Below are positions 29,986-39,607 of a DNA stretch of 64,000 bases, one piece after another. The DNA is taken from contig CAWAIF010000003.1 of the NCBI GenBank assembly GCA_963782055.1, positions 4,416,001 to 4,480,000 on the forward strand. Direction: 5' to 3'. The notes below the pieces were generated by a model. It had not been told where the DNA came from. It did no database searches and saw only the letters and a program-made list of their open reading frames with translations. The DNA comes from an uncultured delta proteobacterium (lineage in GTDB: Bacteria; Myxococcota_A; Polyangia; Polyangiales; Polyangiaceae). Numbering within the stretch: the first letter of the stretch is position 1; the number at the start of each line of letters is the position of its first letter. The translations under genes were made by a program, and so were the position numbers.

Positions 29986-30831
29986 TCAGGGCAGCGCGTC
30001 GAGGGGGCTCTGAATCGACTGCACGCGGGCGGTGCTCACGTGCAGGTAGGCCATCGTGCTCCTGAGCGACGCGTGCCCGAGCAAGACCTGCAACGTGCGA
30101 AGGTCGGTCCCTGCGTCGAGCAGGTGCGTGGCGAAGCTGTGGCGCAGCGTGTGCGGCGACACGCGCCGGGTGATGCCCGCGCGCCGCGCCGCCTTGAGGA
30201 TCGCCCGGTGGACGGCCGCGCGCGTGAGGAGCGTCCCGGGCACGCGCCCCGGAAACAGTTGCGGTCCTGCGGGTCGTGACGCCTTCCAGTACGCGCGCAG
30301 CGTCGCCAGCAGCCTCGCGCTGAGCATCACGTAGCGCTCACGCCCGCGCTTGGTGTGCCGCACGTGCAGGAGCATCCGCTTCGGATCGATGTCGTCCACC
30401 CGGAGCTTGCACACCTCGCTCACGCGCAGCCCCGCCCCGTAGGCGAGCATCACCAGGGCCCGGTGCTTGTGGCTCGTGAGCGACGCGAGCAGCCGCGCCA
30501 CCTCCGCGCTCGTCAGCACCACCGGCACGTGCATCGGCACCCGCATGCGCGCCATCCCCAGCGTCGCCTCCGGCCGCTCCAGCGTCACCTCGTAGAGAAA
30601 CCTCAGCGCGGCCGCGTGCACGTTGACCGTCAGCGCCGCCAGCCTGCGCTCCGCCACCAGGTGCAAAAGGAACGTCCGGATCTCCGCCGCCCCCAGCGCG
30701 CACGGCGACCGCCCGTGGTACTGCGCGAACCGCCGCACGCACCCCACGTACGTGGCGATCGTGTTGGCGCTCATCCCTCGCAGCGCGAGGTCCTCGCTCA
30801 TCGTGTCCCGCAGTCTTCGCTTCGCACCCAT
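29986..30831 (-). CDS. Tyrosine recombinase (SAM-like N-terminus)
   Basis: GAGLRVSE, TKRGRER, HTLRHSFATH, LLGH, Y; full catalytic set. Confidence 0.95.
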   Translation of the reverse strand: MGAKRRLRDTMSEDLALRGMSANTIATYVGCVRRFAQYHGRSPCALGAAEIRTFLLHLVAERRLAALTVNVHAAALRFLYEVTLERPEATLGMARMRVPMHVPVVLTSAEVARLLASLTSHKHRALVMLAYGAGLRVSEVCKLRVDDIDPKRMLLHVRHTKRGRERYVMLSARLLATLRAYWKASRPAGPQLFPGRVPGTLLTRAAVHRAILKAARRAGITRRVSPHTLRHSFATHLLDAGTDLRTLQVLLGHASLRSTMAYLHVSTARVQSIQSPLDALP

Positions 30832-31011
30832 CGCGGCCTCCTTCGGCTCCGCGCGCGCCCACGAGCGGGCGGCGCGCGCCGCAGGATCGCCCGCATCACG
30901 GCACGCGAGGGCTACGAGGCGGGCTCGTCAGCGCGCACACGGCTCGCGGGGCTCCCGGGTCGCGAGCGAGCTTGATGCGGAGCCACGCTGCCGCGCAGCG
31001 GCTTCGTCCAA

Positions 31012-31062
31012 GATGGGTTTCGTAAACTTTCGCGCCCGACCGCGCTAGGATTTCCTATGCGC
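31012..31062 (+). repeat. Right half of 100-bp unit (copy 10)
   Basis: GATGGG TTTCGTAAACT...CCTATGCGC preceded by element arm GCTTCGTCCAA. Confidence 0.95.
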
Positions 31063-31118
31063 CGGCGGATGCGTTGCTGCGGGTGACCTCGACCTGCCGC
31101 ACCGGGCCGCCCTGGCGC

Positions 31119-31495
31119 TCAGCGCGCGAAGGCGATGACGTGGCCGTCGGGATCGAAGAGGTACGCGACGCTCGCGCCCCAGTCGCGCGGCTGGAGCTCG
31201 CTGATCATCCGTGCCCCCGCGGCGAGCGCGCGCGCCACGTGGGCCTCCGCGTCGGGCACGACGAGGTAGATCTCCGCTCGCGGTGCGCCGCTCGCACGGG
31301 AGGGGTCGACGGCATCACCGAGCAGCCGCGCGACGCCGCGCTCGGGCATGAGCCGAGCACGCAGCCGCCGAGGTCGAACTCGGTCATGCCGGGCACGTCG
31401 AGCGACGGCGCGACGTCGAAGACGCGGCTGTAGAAGTCTCGGCTCGCCGCCTGATCGCGGACGTAGAAGATGAAGTGCGCGCGCGACACGGTCAT
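31119..31495 (-). pseudogene. VOC/glyoxalase family protein, frameshifted
   Basis: ILYVRDQAASRDFY..DVPGMTEF in one frame, RDWG..AYLFDPDGHV in another; shift near 31350. Confidence 0.8.
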
Positions 31496-31615
31496 CTCGC
31501 GAGAATCGCACGGCGGGCTCGAAACGTCGCGCGTGGGCTCTACACGGAGCCCGCTGCGACGTCGGCGCGGCACGAGAGGCTTGTTGGACGACGGAGACTT
31601 CGCGCAGCCCGCGAA

Positions 31616-32329
31616 TCAGGCGACGTTCGCGGCGGCGCCGGCGGCCCAGAAGGCTCTCGCGGCCGCGAGCGGACCCGCGCCGAGGATCGCCACCATGACG
31701 GCGGTGAGCTGACGCGTGACGCCGTCATCGGTCGCCGTCTCCACCAGCGTGCGCACGCCAGCGTGCGGATCGGTGCCGTGGGCGGCCAGGATGGAGAGCA
31801 GCCGGCGCTCGCCGAGCGCGTCGACGAGGTCGTTCGACGCGAGGAGGAAGACGTCGCGCTCGCGGACGTCGGTGACCGTGGTGGGGATCTCGGGCGGTGC
31901 CTCCATGCCGAGCGCCCGCACCAGCACGTTCCGAGGGAACGCGGCGCGGGCCTCGAGGTCGGCCGCCTGCACGGCACCCTGGTCGGCGAGGTGGTTCAAG
32001 AGGGAGTGCGGTCGCGTCAGCTCCGTCAGCTCGCCCCCGCGCAGCCGGACGACGTGGACGTTGCCAAGCCACGCGACCCTCGCGCCGGGGTGCACGAGCG
32101 AGAGCGCGGCCGCCGAGCAGCCGGTGCCGGGCATCTCGTGCAGGGCGCACGCGCGGAGCACGGCGGCGTTGGCGTCCGCGAGCGCGAGGGCCGGATCGCC
32201 GTCCTCGCAAAGCCGCGCGCGCAGCGCGTCGCGTGCGGCGCGCGTGACCGGAAGCTCGCCCTCGTCACCGAGAGGATCCAGCACCGCGTAGCTCGTGGCC
32301 TCCACGATCAGGGTCGGCGCGTCCATCAC
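31616..32329 (-). CDS. PP2C-like phosphatase (degenerate motifs)
   Basis: WLGNVHVVRLRGG..LTRPHS, RNVLVRALG, DVFLLASNDL. Confidence 0.75.
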   Translation of the reverse strand: MMDAPTLIVEATSYAVLDPLGDEGELPVTRAARDALRARLCEDGDPALALADANAAVLRACALHEMPGTGCSAAALSLVHPGARVAWLGNVHVVRLRGGELTELTRPHSLLNHLADQGAVQAADLEARAAFPRNVLVRALGMEAPPEIPTTVTDVRERDVFLLASNDLVDALGERRLLSILAAHGTDPHAGVRTLVETATDDGVTRQLTAVMVAILGAGPLAAARAFWAAGAAANVA

Positions 32330-32438
32330 CGCCCGGCGTGCACGCGCCGCGCCCGGACGTCAAGGGCCCCGCCGGGCCCGCCATGGCGATCAGGCCTTCC
32401 TGTGGACCACGAGCCGTCGGCTGCGGCACCATCGTGAA

Positions 32439-33230
32439 ATGAGCGCGCGCTACGCAGAGTACAGGCCCGCGCCCGCGCTTCGCGCGCGCGTCGAGTGCTA
32501 CTGGACGCTGGCGGGCGAAGACGTCGGCGCGCACCGCGTGCTGCCCGACGGGTGCATGGACGTGCTCTTCGATCTCGCGGCGCCGCGCGAGGTCGCGACG
32601 CTGGTCGGCACCATGACGACGGCGCTCGCCGTGCCGGAGGCGGCGCGGGCGCGCTACGTCGGCGTGCGCTTTCGGCCGGGGGAGGCGTTCGCGATGGTGG
32701 GCGTCCACGCCGGCGAGGTCACCGATCAGTCCATTCCGCTCGAAGACGTGCTCGGCGCGCTCGCGCGCTCCCTCGCCGACGAGGTGGCCTCGGCGAAGGA
32801 CGACGCGGCGCGCTTCGCCGCGCTGGACAGGCGGCTCGGCGCGCTCCGGCCGCGTGCCACGGACGCGCGCGTGCGGCGCGTCGTCGCGCGCATCCTCGAC
32901 TCGCCAGCGGCGGCGCGCGTCGCGTGGCTCGCGCGCGAGGTCGGCGCGTCCGAGCGCCACCTCGAGCGGATCTTCGCCGAGCGGGTGGGCGTCGGCCCGA
33001 AGCAGCTCGCGCGTGTGGTGCGCCTCCGGGCGCTGCTCTCGCTCGCCGACCAGGCGCCGCGCGCGCCGTGGAGCGCGCTCGCGCTCGACGCGGGTTACGC
33101 CGACCAGGCCCACATGATCCGCGAGGTCAAGCGGATGACCGGTCTCACCCCCGCCGCCCTCGCCCGCTCGCGCGCCGTGTCGGATTCGTTCAATCCGGCT
33201 GCGCCGGGCTCGGCTACGACCGGCGCATGA
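32439..33230 (+). CDS. AraC-family regulator
   Basis: VLPDGCMD, SERHLERIF, GYADQAHMIRE. Confidence 0.9.
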   Translation: MSARYAEYRPAPALRARVECYWTLAGEDVGAHRVLPDGCMDVLFDLAAPREVATLVGTMTTALAVPEAARARYVGVRFRPGEAFAMVGVHAGEVTDQSIPLEDVLGALARSLADEVASAKDDAARFAALDRRLGALRPRATDARVRRVVARILDSPAAARVAWLAREVGASERHLERIFAERVGVGPKQLARVVRLRALLSLADQAPRAPWSALALDAGYADQAHMIREVKRMTGLTPAALARSRAVSDSFNPAAPGSATTGA

Positions 33231-33613
33231 AGACCCGCAAAGCGACTCCCCTCTTCGTCGTCGACGCCATCACACCCGCCACGATCGCGTTCTGGGAGAA
33301 GACCGGCTGGAAGAAGCAGGTCGAGGTCCCGCACGAGGGCGCCGCCGGCTTCGTGCTCCTCGAGAACGACGGCCGCGAGGTCATGCTCCAGACGCGCGCG
33401 AGCGTGCGGGCGGACCTCGGCGTCCCGGACCTCGATCCGCCGTGCGCGCTCTACTGCGACGTCGCGAGCGTCGCCGAGGCGCGCGAGGCGGCGAGGACGG
33501 CCGGCGCGCGCGTGCTCATCGCGGAGCGGGAGACGTCCTACGGCGCCAGGGAGAGCTGGGTGCTCGACCCGGCGGGGACGCTCGTGGGGTACGCCGAGAT
33601 GAAGGGGGGGTGA
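33227..33613 (+). CDS. VOC-family protein
   Basis: ETSYGARE..VLDPAG; ATGA overlap with AraC gene. Confidence 0.8.
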   Translation: MKTRKATPLFVVDAITPATIAFWEKTGWKKQVEVPHEGAAGFVLLENDGREVMLQTRASVRADLGVPDLDPPCALYCDVASVAEAREAARTAGARVLIAERETSYGARESWVLDPAGTLVGYAEMKGG

Positions 33614-33789
33614 GGCGCCGCCCCGCTCATGCTCGCGCGCGTGCGTGCCGGCGGGGTGCGCAGCGAGGCCATGCCCGGGCAGTTGGAAGAAGCCCGCCGG
33701 GCTTCCCTGGCGGGGCCCGACTGTCCGTTAGCGGACGGCCCGGGTGGGGAGTTCTCAATTGCCCGCGTCGCCCACAAGACGGATCATGG

Positions 33790-34454
33790 TGCCGGCGGCC
33801 ATGGGCAAGGCGGTGAAGAGGCGACGGCGCATCGGGCCGCACCGGCAGCACCTGCCTGAGCGCGAAGAACATGTCCGCGAGCGCGTGCGGGAGCTTCGGC
33901 GAGCCATGCAAGAAGTGTGAGGGCGCCGGGGCGTTTTGCTTGGGGAAGACCGGATCGTGCATCACGCCGGTGAGCCACTGCGGACCGAACGACTGCACGG
34001 GCTGCTGTCTCGACGACACGCACTGCGCGGACGGCAACGAGTACTACGAGTGCGGCTCGCACGGCGGCGCGTGCGACTACTGCTACGGGCGCGCGTGCGT
34101 CCCCCGCGACGGCGGGGGCGGCGCGTGCGAGGACATCCCGAGCTGCGGGCCGAACAACTGCGCGGGGTGCTGCTACCTGGGCAAGTGCGTGAGCGGGCAC
34201 AGCGTCGTCGAGTGCGGGACCAACGGCGCGGTGTGCGAGGCATGCCCCGAGGGCACGGCGTGCGTGTCGCCGGGGACGACCGGGGGCGCGACGTGTCAGG
34301 CGCAGCCCTTCCGCACGCCGCTGACATGCAAGACCTGCTGCGCGGGAACGTCTGCATGCCCGGCGACACCGACACCGCCTGCGGCGGCGGCGCGGTCACC
34401 GCGTGCCGCAACACCCAGCTGGGGAGGAAGTGCGTGAACCACGCGTGCCAGTGA
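33790..34454 (+). pseudogene. Cys-rich repeat protein fragment, frameshifted near 34330
   Basis: CGPN.C.GCC repeats. Confidence 0.55.
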
Positions 34455-34559
34455 CCCACGCGAGCCGTCTGGCGTGGCGCCCGGCACGCGAGCGCGGAGC
34501 GCTACTCTCCTGACACCCCTTATCCGGATCCCGGATGGGCCAGGCGAAGAGTGTAGTGC

Positions 34560-34608
34560 CACCCTGGTCCGTCCTTCCAGTGACACCGGACGGCCCCACT
34601 TCGCATAA
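34560..34608 (+). repeat. Left half of 100-bp unit (copy 11)
   Basis: Ends TCGCATAA (the IS66 TSD). Confidence 0.95.
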
Positions 34609-36124
34609 GTCTCTGCTTAGCGGCCGGAAGACGGCCCGCGGCCCGGGCGTGACGTCGACCGTCGGAGGACTCGCCGGCTAGTGGGCAAAGACAGACGGAG
34701 GCGGCTTGCCGTGGAGGTGACTTTCGTACAGCCCGATGACGAAGCCCCGAAGCGGGAGCTGGCACTTGCGCCGCGTCTGCGTGATGCTCATCCAGTGCGC
34801 CAGGGTGGCGCTGCCGGCGGCCGAGCGCGTTCCGCCGGTCATCGCGCGGTGCCGCCCGTGGGCGCGGATGTCGCGTTCGGTCGCGTTGTTCGTGGCCGGG
34901 ACGTCGGGGCGGTCGATGAAGAGCGTCACCCCCACCTTGTGCTCGTCGAGGCGCTCCTGCAGCCGGACGATGTCCGGGAACTCCACGAAGTTGGTGCTGC
35001 TGATGAGATGGCCGAGGCGGATGCGCGCGCCTCGGCGCTGCTCGGGATCGCCGCTCGCCGCGGCGTGCTTGCCCGCGACGTAGAAGCCGATGAGTCGGTC
35101 GCGGAACTCCTCGGTCGCGGCGCACGGGGTGAGCTCGGCGATCTTCTTGGCCTCGCGGATGGTGTGCGCACCGCAGTAGGCGTGGGTCCAGCCGTCGTGA
35201 CTCGTGTACACGCCGTAGAAGTCGGTGCACAGGACTCCTTTGAAGCTCGCGCCGAGCATCGACTCGGCGACCCACGCGCCGCGCGACAGCTCGGCGCGGA
35301 AGACCGAGACGCGGTCGGTGCGCATCAGCCACATCCAACCCGGCACGCCGTCCTGTCGATGGCCGCTCTCGTCGAGGCCCGCCACGGGCGATGCGCGCAC
35401 CGCGTCGACCAGCTCGTCGTAGCTCGGCGCCGAGCGGCGTCGCAATCGGTCGAACATCTGCGCCAGGCCGCCGGTCGTGATCGAGATGCCGAGCCACTGT
35501 CCGAGGAACGCACTGATCTTGCCCAGCGGCATGTCGCGCTCGAAGCGCAGGTCCAGCGCCATCGCCTGCACGTTGGGGCCGAACGACACCGCGGCGACGC
35601 TCTTGCCCGCCGCCGGCGCGCCCGGCAGCTTCGCGACCACGCGCTTGTGGCACACCTCGCAGCTGCCGACGTGCGCCACGTGATGCGTCTGCCGCGGCTG
35701 CACCACTGGGATGTCGGTGACGACTGTGCTGTCCGTCTCGCCCGTCGCCACGACTGCCCCGCCACAGCTGCACGTCGCCGGCATCTCGTGCACGACTTCG
35801 TCGTCGACGTGGGCCGGTGCGGCGGGCCGCGATCCGACATGGCCCACCTTGCGGCCGCGCGGCTTGCCCGAGGGCGCCCGCCGACCCTCGGAGCGCGACG
35901 TCCGCCGCTTCCCGCGCTCCCGGAACCCGCGCTTCCACTCCTCGATCTCCTTGCGCAGCTTCGCCAGCTCTTCGCGAAGCGCGGCGTTCTCCTGCTCCAG
36001 CTCCTGGATCCGCTGCTCGGGCGTCACGTGATCCGGGATGCTCCCGATCAGGTCCCATGGAAAGAACTTCTCGCATCAGGAACGAAGAATGGACCCACAG
36101 TGTGCGACACCGCTAAGCAGACAC
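34609..36124 (-). mobile_element. Single-ORF IS66-family element inserted in the dif-like site
   Basis: IR GT(C/G)TCTGCTTAGCGG; 8-bp TSD TCGCATAA at 34601-34608 and 36125-36132. Confidence 0.93.
34678..36027 (-). CDS. IS66-family transposase
   Basis: Coiled coil, GLDESG, CTDFYGVY, CGAHTIRE, TNNATERDIR. Confidence 0.93.
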   Translation of the reverse strand: MTPEQRIQELEQENAALREELAKLRKEIEEWKRGFRERGKRRTSRSEGRRAPSGKPRGRKVGHVGSRPAAPAHVDDEVVHEMPATCSCGGAVVATGETDSTVVTDIPVVQPRQTHHVAHVGSCEVCHKRVVAKLPGAPAAGKSVAAVSFGPNVQAMALDLRFERDMPLGKISAFLGQWLGISITTGGLAQMFDRLRRRSAPSYDELVDAVRASPVAGLDESGHRQDGVPGWMWLMRTDRVSVFRAELSRGAWVAESMLGASFKGVLCTDFYGVYTSHDGWTHAYCGAHTIREAKKIAELTPCAATEEFRDRLIGFYVAGKHAAASGDPEQRRGARIRLGHLISSTNFVEFPDIVRLQERLDEHKVGVTLFIDRPDVPATNNATERDIRAHGRHRAMTGGTRSAAGSATLAHWMSITQTRRKCQLPLRGFVIGLYESHLHGKPPPSVFAH

Positions 36125-36183
36125 TCGCATAAGATGGGTTTCGTAAACTTTCGCGCCCGACCGCGCTAGGATTTCCTATGCGC
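36125..36183 (+). repeat. Right half of 100-bp unit (copy 11)
   Basis: TCGCATAA GATGGG TTTCGTAAACT...CCTATGCGC. Confidence 0.95.
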
Positions 36184-36224
36184 TTATTCGCTGAAACACA
36201 GAGTAGAGCCACCGAGAGGGACCC

Positions 36225-37108
36225 ATGTACAGGATCGAGCACGACGTCTTCTCGCACATTCATTCGACCAAGCTTGAATACCCGAAGAGAGGCTTCGGCG
36301 ATCCAAGGTCAAAGCGCTACCAAGGCTCGGAATGGTGTTCGGTCGCAAAAGTGCGACAGAGTTACGGATGCGACGTCGGGTCGTTTAGAGACCTCGTGGG
36401 GCTAGTTGCCGAGATTGGATTCCGAAATAGAGCCTTCAACCTCCTGTTTCGTGGGCAAGGTACGGACTACAAGGACAGCAACGACCGAACGAAATCCTGC
36501 CAGCGCTTTTTCGTCCAAAGCTGGGTAAGCGTTCCCTGCATCGGTCCACACTTGCGGCTCGCATCATTGAGCTGAACAAGGCAGTCGACACTCTCCGAGC
36601 CAACCGCCATAGACTCGGCGACGGATTGGGCCCTGGCCTGTTCAAGTACCGGGAATATCAATATGCACTGCTACAGCATTATCTTCTCCGAAAGACGCCA
36701 GTACTGGACGCAACCCACTCGCTCCGAGTTGCTACAAGCTTCGCGCTTTTTGGCAAGCGGGACGATGGCTTCCTATACGTTTTCGGAATGCCGCATCCAC
36801 AGGGTAGCATCTCCCATGTCGTCGACAGCGACATCGCGCTAGTCAAGCTCCAGAATGTCTGTCCACCCAGCGCCCTCAGACCGCACTACCAGGAGGGCTA
36901 CATGATCGGTCGACTGAGCTTTCGCGAGGAAAAGACCGCTGGTGACAACGCGGCGTATCGTCTCATTGCAAAGTACCACCTCGATAATTCATCGAAAAAG
37001 TTCTGGGACAAAGACTTTCGCCCCGTCCCAGATGGAGCCCTGCTTCCCGAGGTCGATCCGTTCGGCGAGACGCTGCGCTCCATCGTTGGGCCGGATCCCA
37101 CGACGTGA
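36225..37108 (+). pseudogene. FRG-domain protein, 1-nt frameshift near 36490
   Basis: LLFRGQ in frame 1; ALLQHY...TPVLDAT.SLRVA.SFA in the second frame; lower GC. Confidence 0.85.
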
Positions 37109-37154
37109 CGCGGCGAAGTGCGAACGGCGGAGACGTCGAGTCGACCACCGACGG

Positions 37155-37655
37155 TTACAGCACCGCATACGAAGAAGTGGCTGCATCCTCTTGAAGCCAC
37201 TCGAACAGTAGCGGCGCGTACCACTTGTTGAGCGCCTTCTCGTTGCGGGCGGCGACTTGAGTCACGCGAGCCCCAAGGCGACCACGCGCGAGGTCCACGA
37301 GGCGGTGAATCGCTTCAACGCTGGTCCTCTCCCGATGCAGAGCGGTGATTGACGCCCAGATAGCGTCGGCGTCGACGCTCCTGCGGAACGCGAGGGACTC
37401 AGCAGGAGCCGTTTCATCCCGAATGAATTGGCGTGTGCCTTCGCCAATGATCGACAAGACGAAGGCGCAGTGCGTGGCTCCAGCGGGCCCCACTAGCAGC
37501 CGGTAGATGTCATCGGCCCAAGACGGTGCCGCTCGCGCTAATCCGTAGGTCGGGATGCCGAGGAAGTCGGACGTGTCGTCACGGAGGTACGCCAGCTTGA
37601 TCTCCAGGTAGAGCTGCGGCGTCGCGGCGTCGGGGGCTTCGTTATCGGTGGGCAC
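37155..37655 (-). CDS. Hypothetical protein (possibly tail of a frameshifted gene)
   Basis: ORF with YLEIKLAYL, weakly PD-(D/E)xK-like. Confidence 0.45.
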   Translation of the reverse strand: MPTDNEAPDAATPQLYLEIKLAYLRDDTSDFLGIPTYGLARAAPSWADDIYRLLVGPAGATHCAFVLSIIGEGTRQFIRDETAPAESLAFRRSVDADAIWASITALHRERTSVEAIHRLVDLARGRLGARVTQVAARNEKALNKWYAPLLFEWLQEDAATSSYAVL

Positions 37656-38265
37656 CAGATGTCTGCGAGCGCCTTGGCGACCTTGCCACCTACGTCCTTC
37701 CGCCAGCGACGACCGTAGTATCGCTCAACGATGAGCCTCTCTCGGCGCGAGAAGGCTCGCAAGAACGTGCGAGTGCTGGTGCTCGTTCACGACCCCTTCG
37801 AGCGTTGCGACGGTGGCGGACCTGAGCCACCGATCGAGGTAGGTTGCGAATCGCGTGGGCAGATCCTCCACGGTTTCCATCCTACCTTCGTCGGGCGAGT
37901 GTAGGGCCTCGCCTTCCCTCGTGATCCCCCGCTTGGTCTCTCCCGGTCTCTGTGCCCGTTCAATCGCCTGAGACGTTGGCGCAGTCCGGCACCTGAGACG
38001 CGGCGCAGGCCGGCGGCGATCACCAGGAATTCGTGGTGAGACGTGCCGGCGCGCGAGCATGCGTCGGACAAAAGGAGTGAGCCCGCACGTCTGGACCACG
38101 TGCGGGCTCGTGTCAGCGCCGTGCAAGTTCTGTGGAAATGCCCGCTCTCCGACGAGGGCTACGTTCATGGCCAGATCCTTTGGACATAACGTGGCGGAAT
38201 GATGGAAATAAATCGGGCGCCTTTCTCGTTGTTCGGTTGCGACACCAACAAGGAGAGGACGCCCG

Positions 38266-39597
38266 ATGACGACGAGAGCTACCCGAGCCACGAGCAGCCG
38301 TCCAGACCCGAGCGAAGAGGCGAGCGCGGTGGAGGAGCAGCTGCAGCGGACCTTCACGCCGGCGGTCATCGACGAGCTTCGGGGCCGCACCGGCTACAAC
38401 CCGCGGCAGCGGCGCGCCACCGCGTTCCGCCTGGTGCTCACGGTCGTCGAGGGGTTCCTCGCGGGCCAGACGCTGTCGTTCGAGTCGCTGCGGGCGATCT
38501 TCGTGAGGCGCTTCGGCTTCATGCGCCCGTGCCCGTTCCAGAAGCGGTTCAAGCAGGAGTCGGCGGCGGCGTTCTTCCGCGCGGCGCTCGAGCACCTCGT
38601 GGCGTCGGTGACGAAGGCGGCGGGCCTGGAGCTGAGCGGGCCGCTCGCCCGCTTCGAGGACGTGCGGGTCTACGACGGTACGGGGCAGCGCGTGCCACCG
38701 CGCGGGCGCGAGCTGCTGCCGGGATGCACCAAGGGCAAGGCCGGCACCAAGTGGGTGATGGGCTACAGCATCAAGACCGGCCTGCTCGAGCACGGCGTCT
38801 CCGACGCGGAGACCGCGTCGGAGACGCCGCTGTGGCGGAAGCTGGTCCCGAGCTTCACGCGCGGGGTGCTCTACCTCTTCGACCTCGGCTTCTTCGAGCG
38901 CGCTCTGTTCACCCAGGCGAAGGCTGCCGGCGCGCACGTGCTGATGCGCCTCAAGACCACGGCGAAGGTACGCGTGACCGCGCACATCTCGGAGAACGGC
39001 CACACCCCGCTCCACAACTGGTCGCTTGGCTACTACCTGCAGAGCGTGTCGCGCAAGCGCGGGACGATCTTCGACCTCGACGTGACGTGGGGCAAGGGCA
39101 AGGACACCGTCGCATTGCGGCTCGTGGGACTCGCGCACAAGTCGACCGTCATCCGCTGGTACCTGACCACCGTGCCGCGCAGCGTGCTCTCGCCACGGCA
39201 GATCATCCAGACCTACCGACTCCGCTGGCTGATCGAGCTGCTCTTTCGCGAGCTGAAGCAGACCGCCGACCTCGGCCGCTCCTTCACCGCCGATCCCCAC
39301 GCGATCAAGGCGCTCACCTACGGCGCGATGCTCGCCCACGCGCTCGTGCGCTCGGTCAGGATCCAGGCTGCACTCGCGCGCGACGTCCCTCTCGAGCAAC
39401 TGCGCCCCCTGGCGACGTTGCACGTCGTGCGCGCCTACGCGCGGGACCTGGTCGACGCCCTCGTCTCCCTGAGCACCGCCGCGTGGACTGCCGTCGTGAC
39501 CACCGTGGGCGCGGCACTCGTCGCTCTGGCACGCGAACGACAACCTTCACGCTCCAGGAAACGAATCGCCCTCAAACTTGGGGCGATCGGTGCTTAA
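38266..39597 (+). CDS. IS4-family transposase
   Basis: VYDGT, LFDLGF, YRLRWLIELLFRELK (YREK). Confidence 0.93.
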   Translation: MTTRATRATSSRPDPSEEASAVEEQLQRTFTPAVIDELRGRTGYNPRQRRATAFRLVLTVVEGFLAGQTLSFESLRAIFVRRFGFMRPCPFQKRFKQESAAAFFRAALEHLVASVTKAAGLELSGPLARFEDVRVYDGTGQRVPPRGRELLPGCTKGKAGTKWVMGYSIKTGLLEHGVSDAETASETPLWRKLVPSFTRGVLYLFDLGFFERALFTQAKAAGAHVLMRLKTTAKVRVTAHISENGHTPLHNWSLGYYLQSVSRKRGTIFDLDVTWGKGKDTVALRLVGLAHKSTVIRWYLTTVPRSVLSPRQIIQTYRLRWLIELLFRELKQTADLGRSFTADPHAIKALTYGAMLAHALVRSVRIQAALARDVPLEQLRPLATLHVVRAYARDLVDALVSLSTAAWTAVVTTVGAALVALARERQPSRSRKRIALKLGAIGA

Positions 39598-39607
39598 GAG
39601 ATCGGGC

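Larger units (their letters stand above)
25426..31011 (-). mobile_element. Tyrosine recombinase + IS91-type HUH transposase element integrated in the dif-like site
   Basis: Splits copy 10; AAG shared at both junctions; carries int, tnp and a nested IS66. Confidence 0.85.

Noticed and set aside
27796..30279. Very long alternative-frame ORFs (e.g. 827 aa, 742 aa at 57837, 706 aa at 49468)
   Set aside because: Arg/Ala/Pro-rich shadow frames of real genes in high-GC DNA
31340..31360. Programmed frameshifting in the VOC, FRG, istB and HEAT-like genes
   Set aside because: No clear slippery site; single-base losses fit decay or sequencing error
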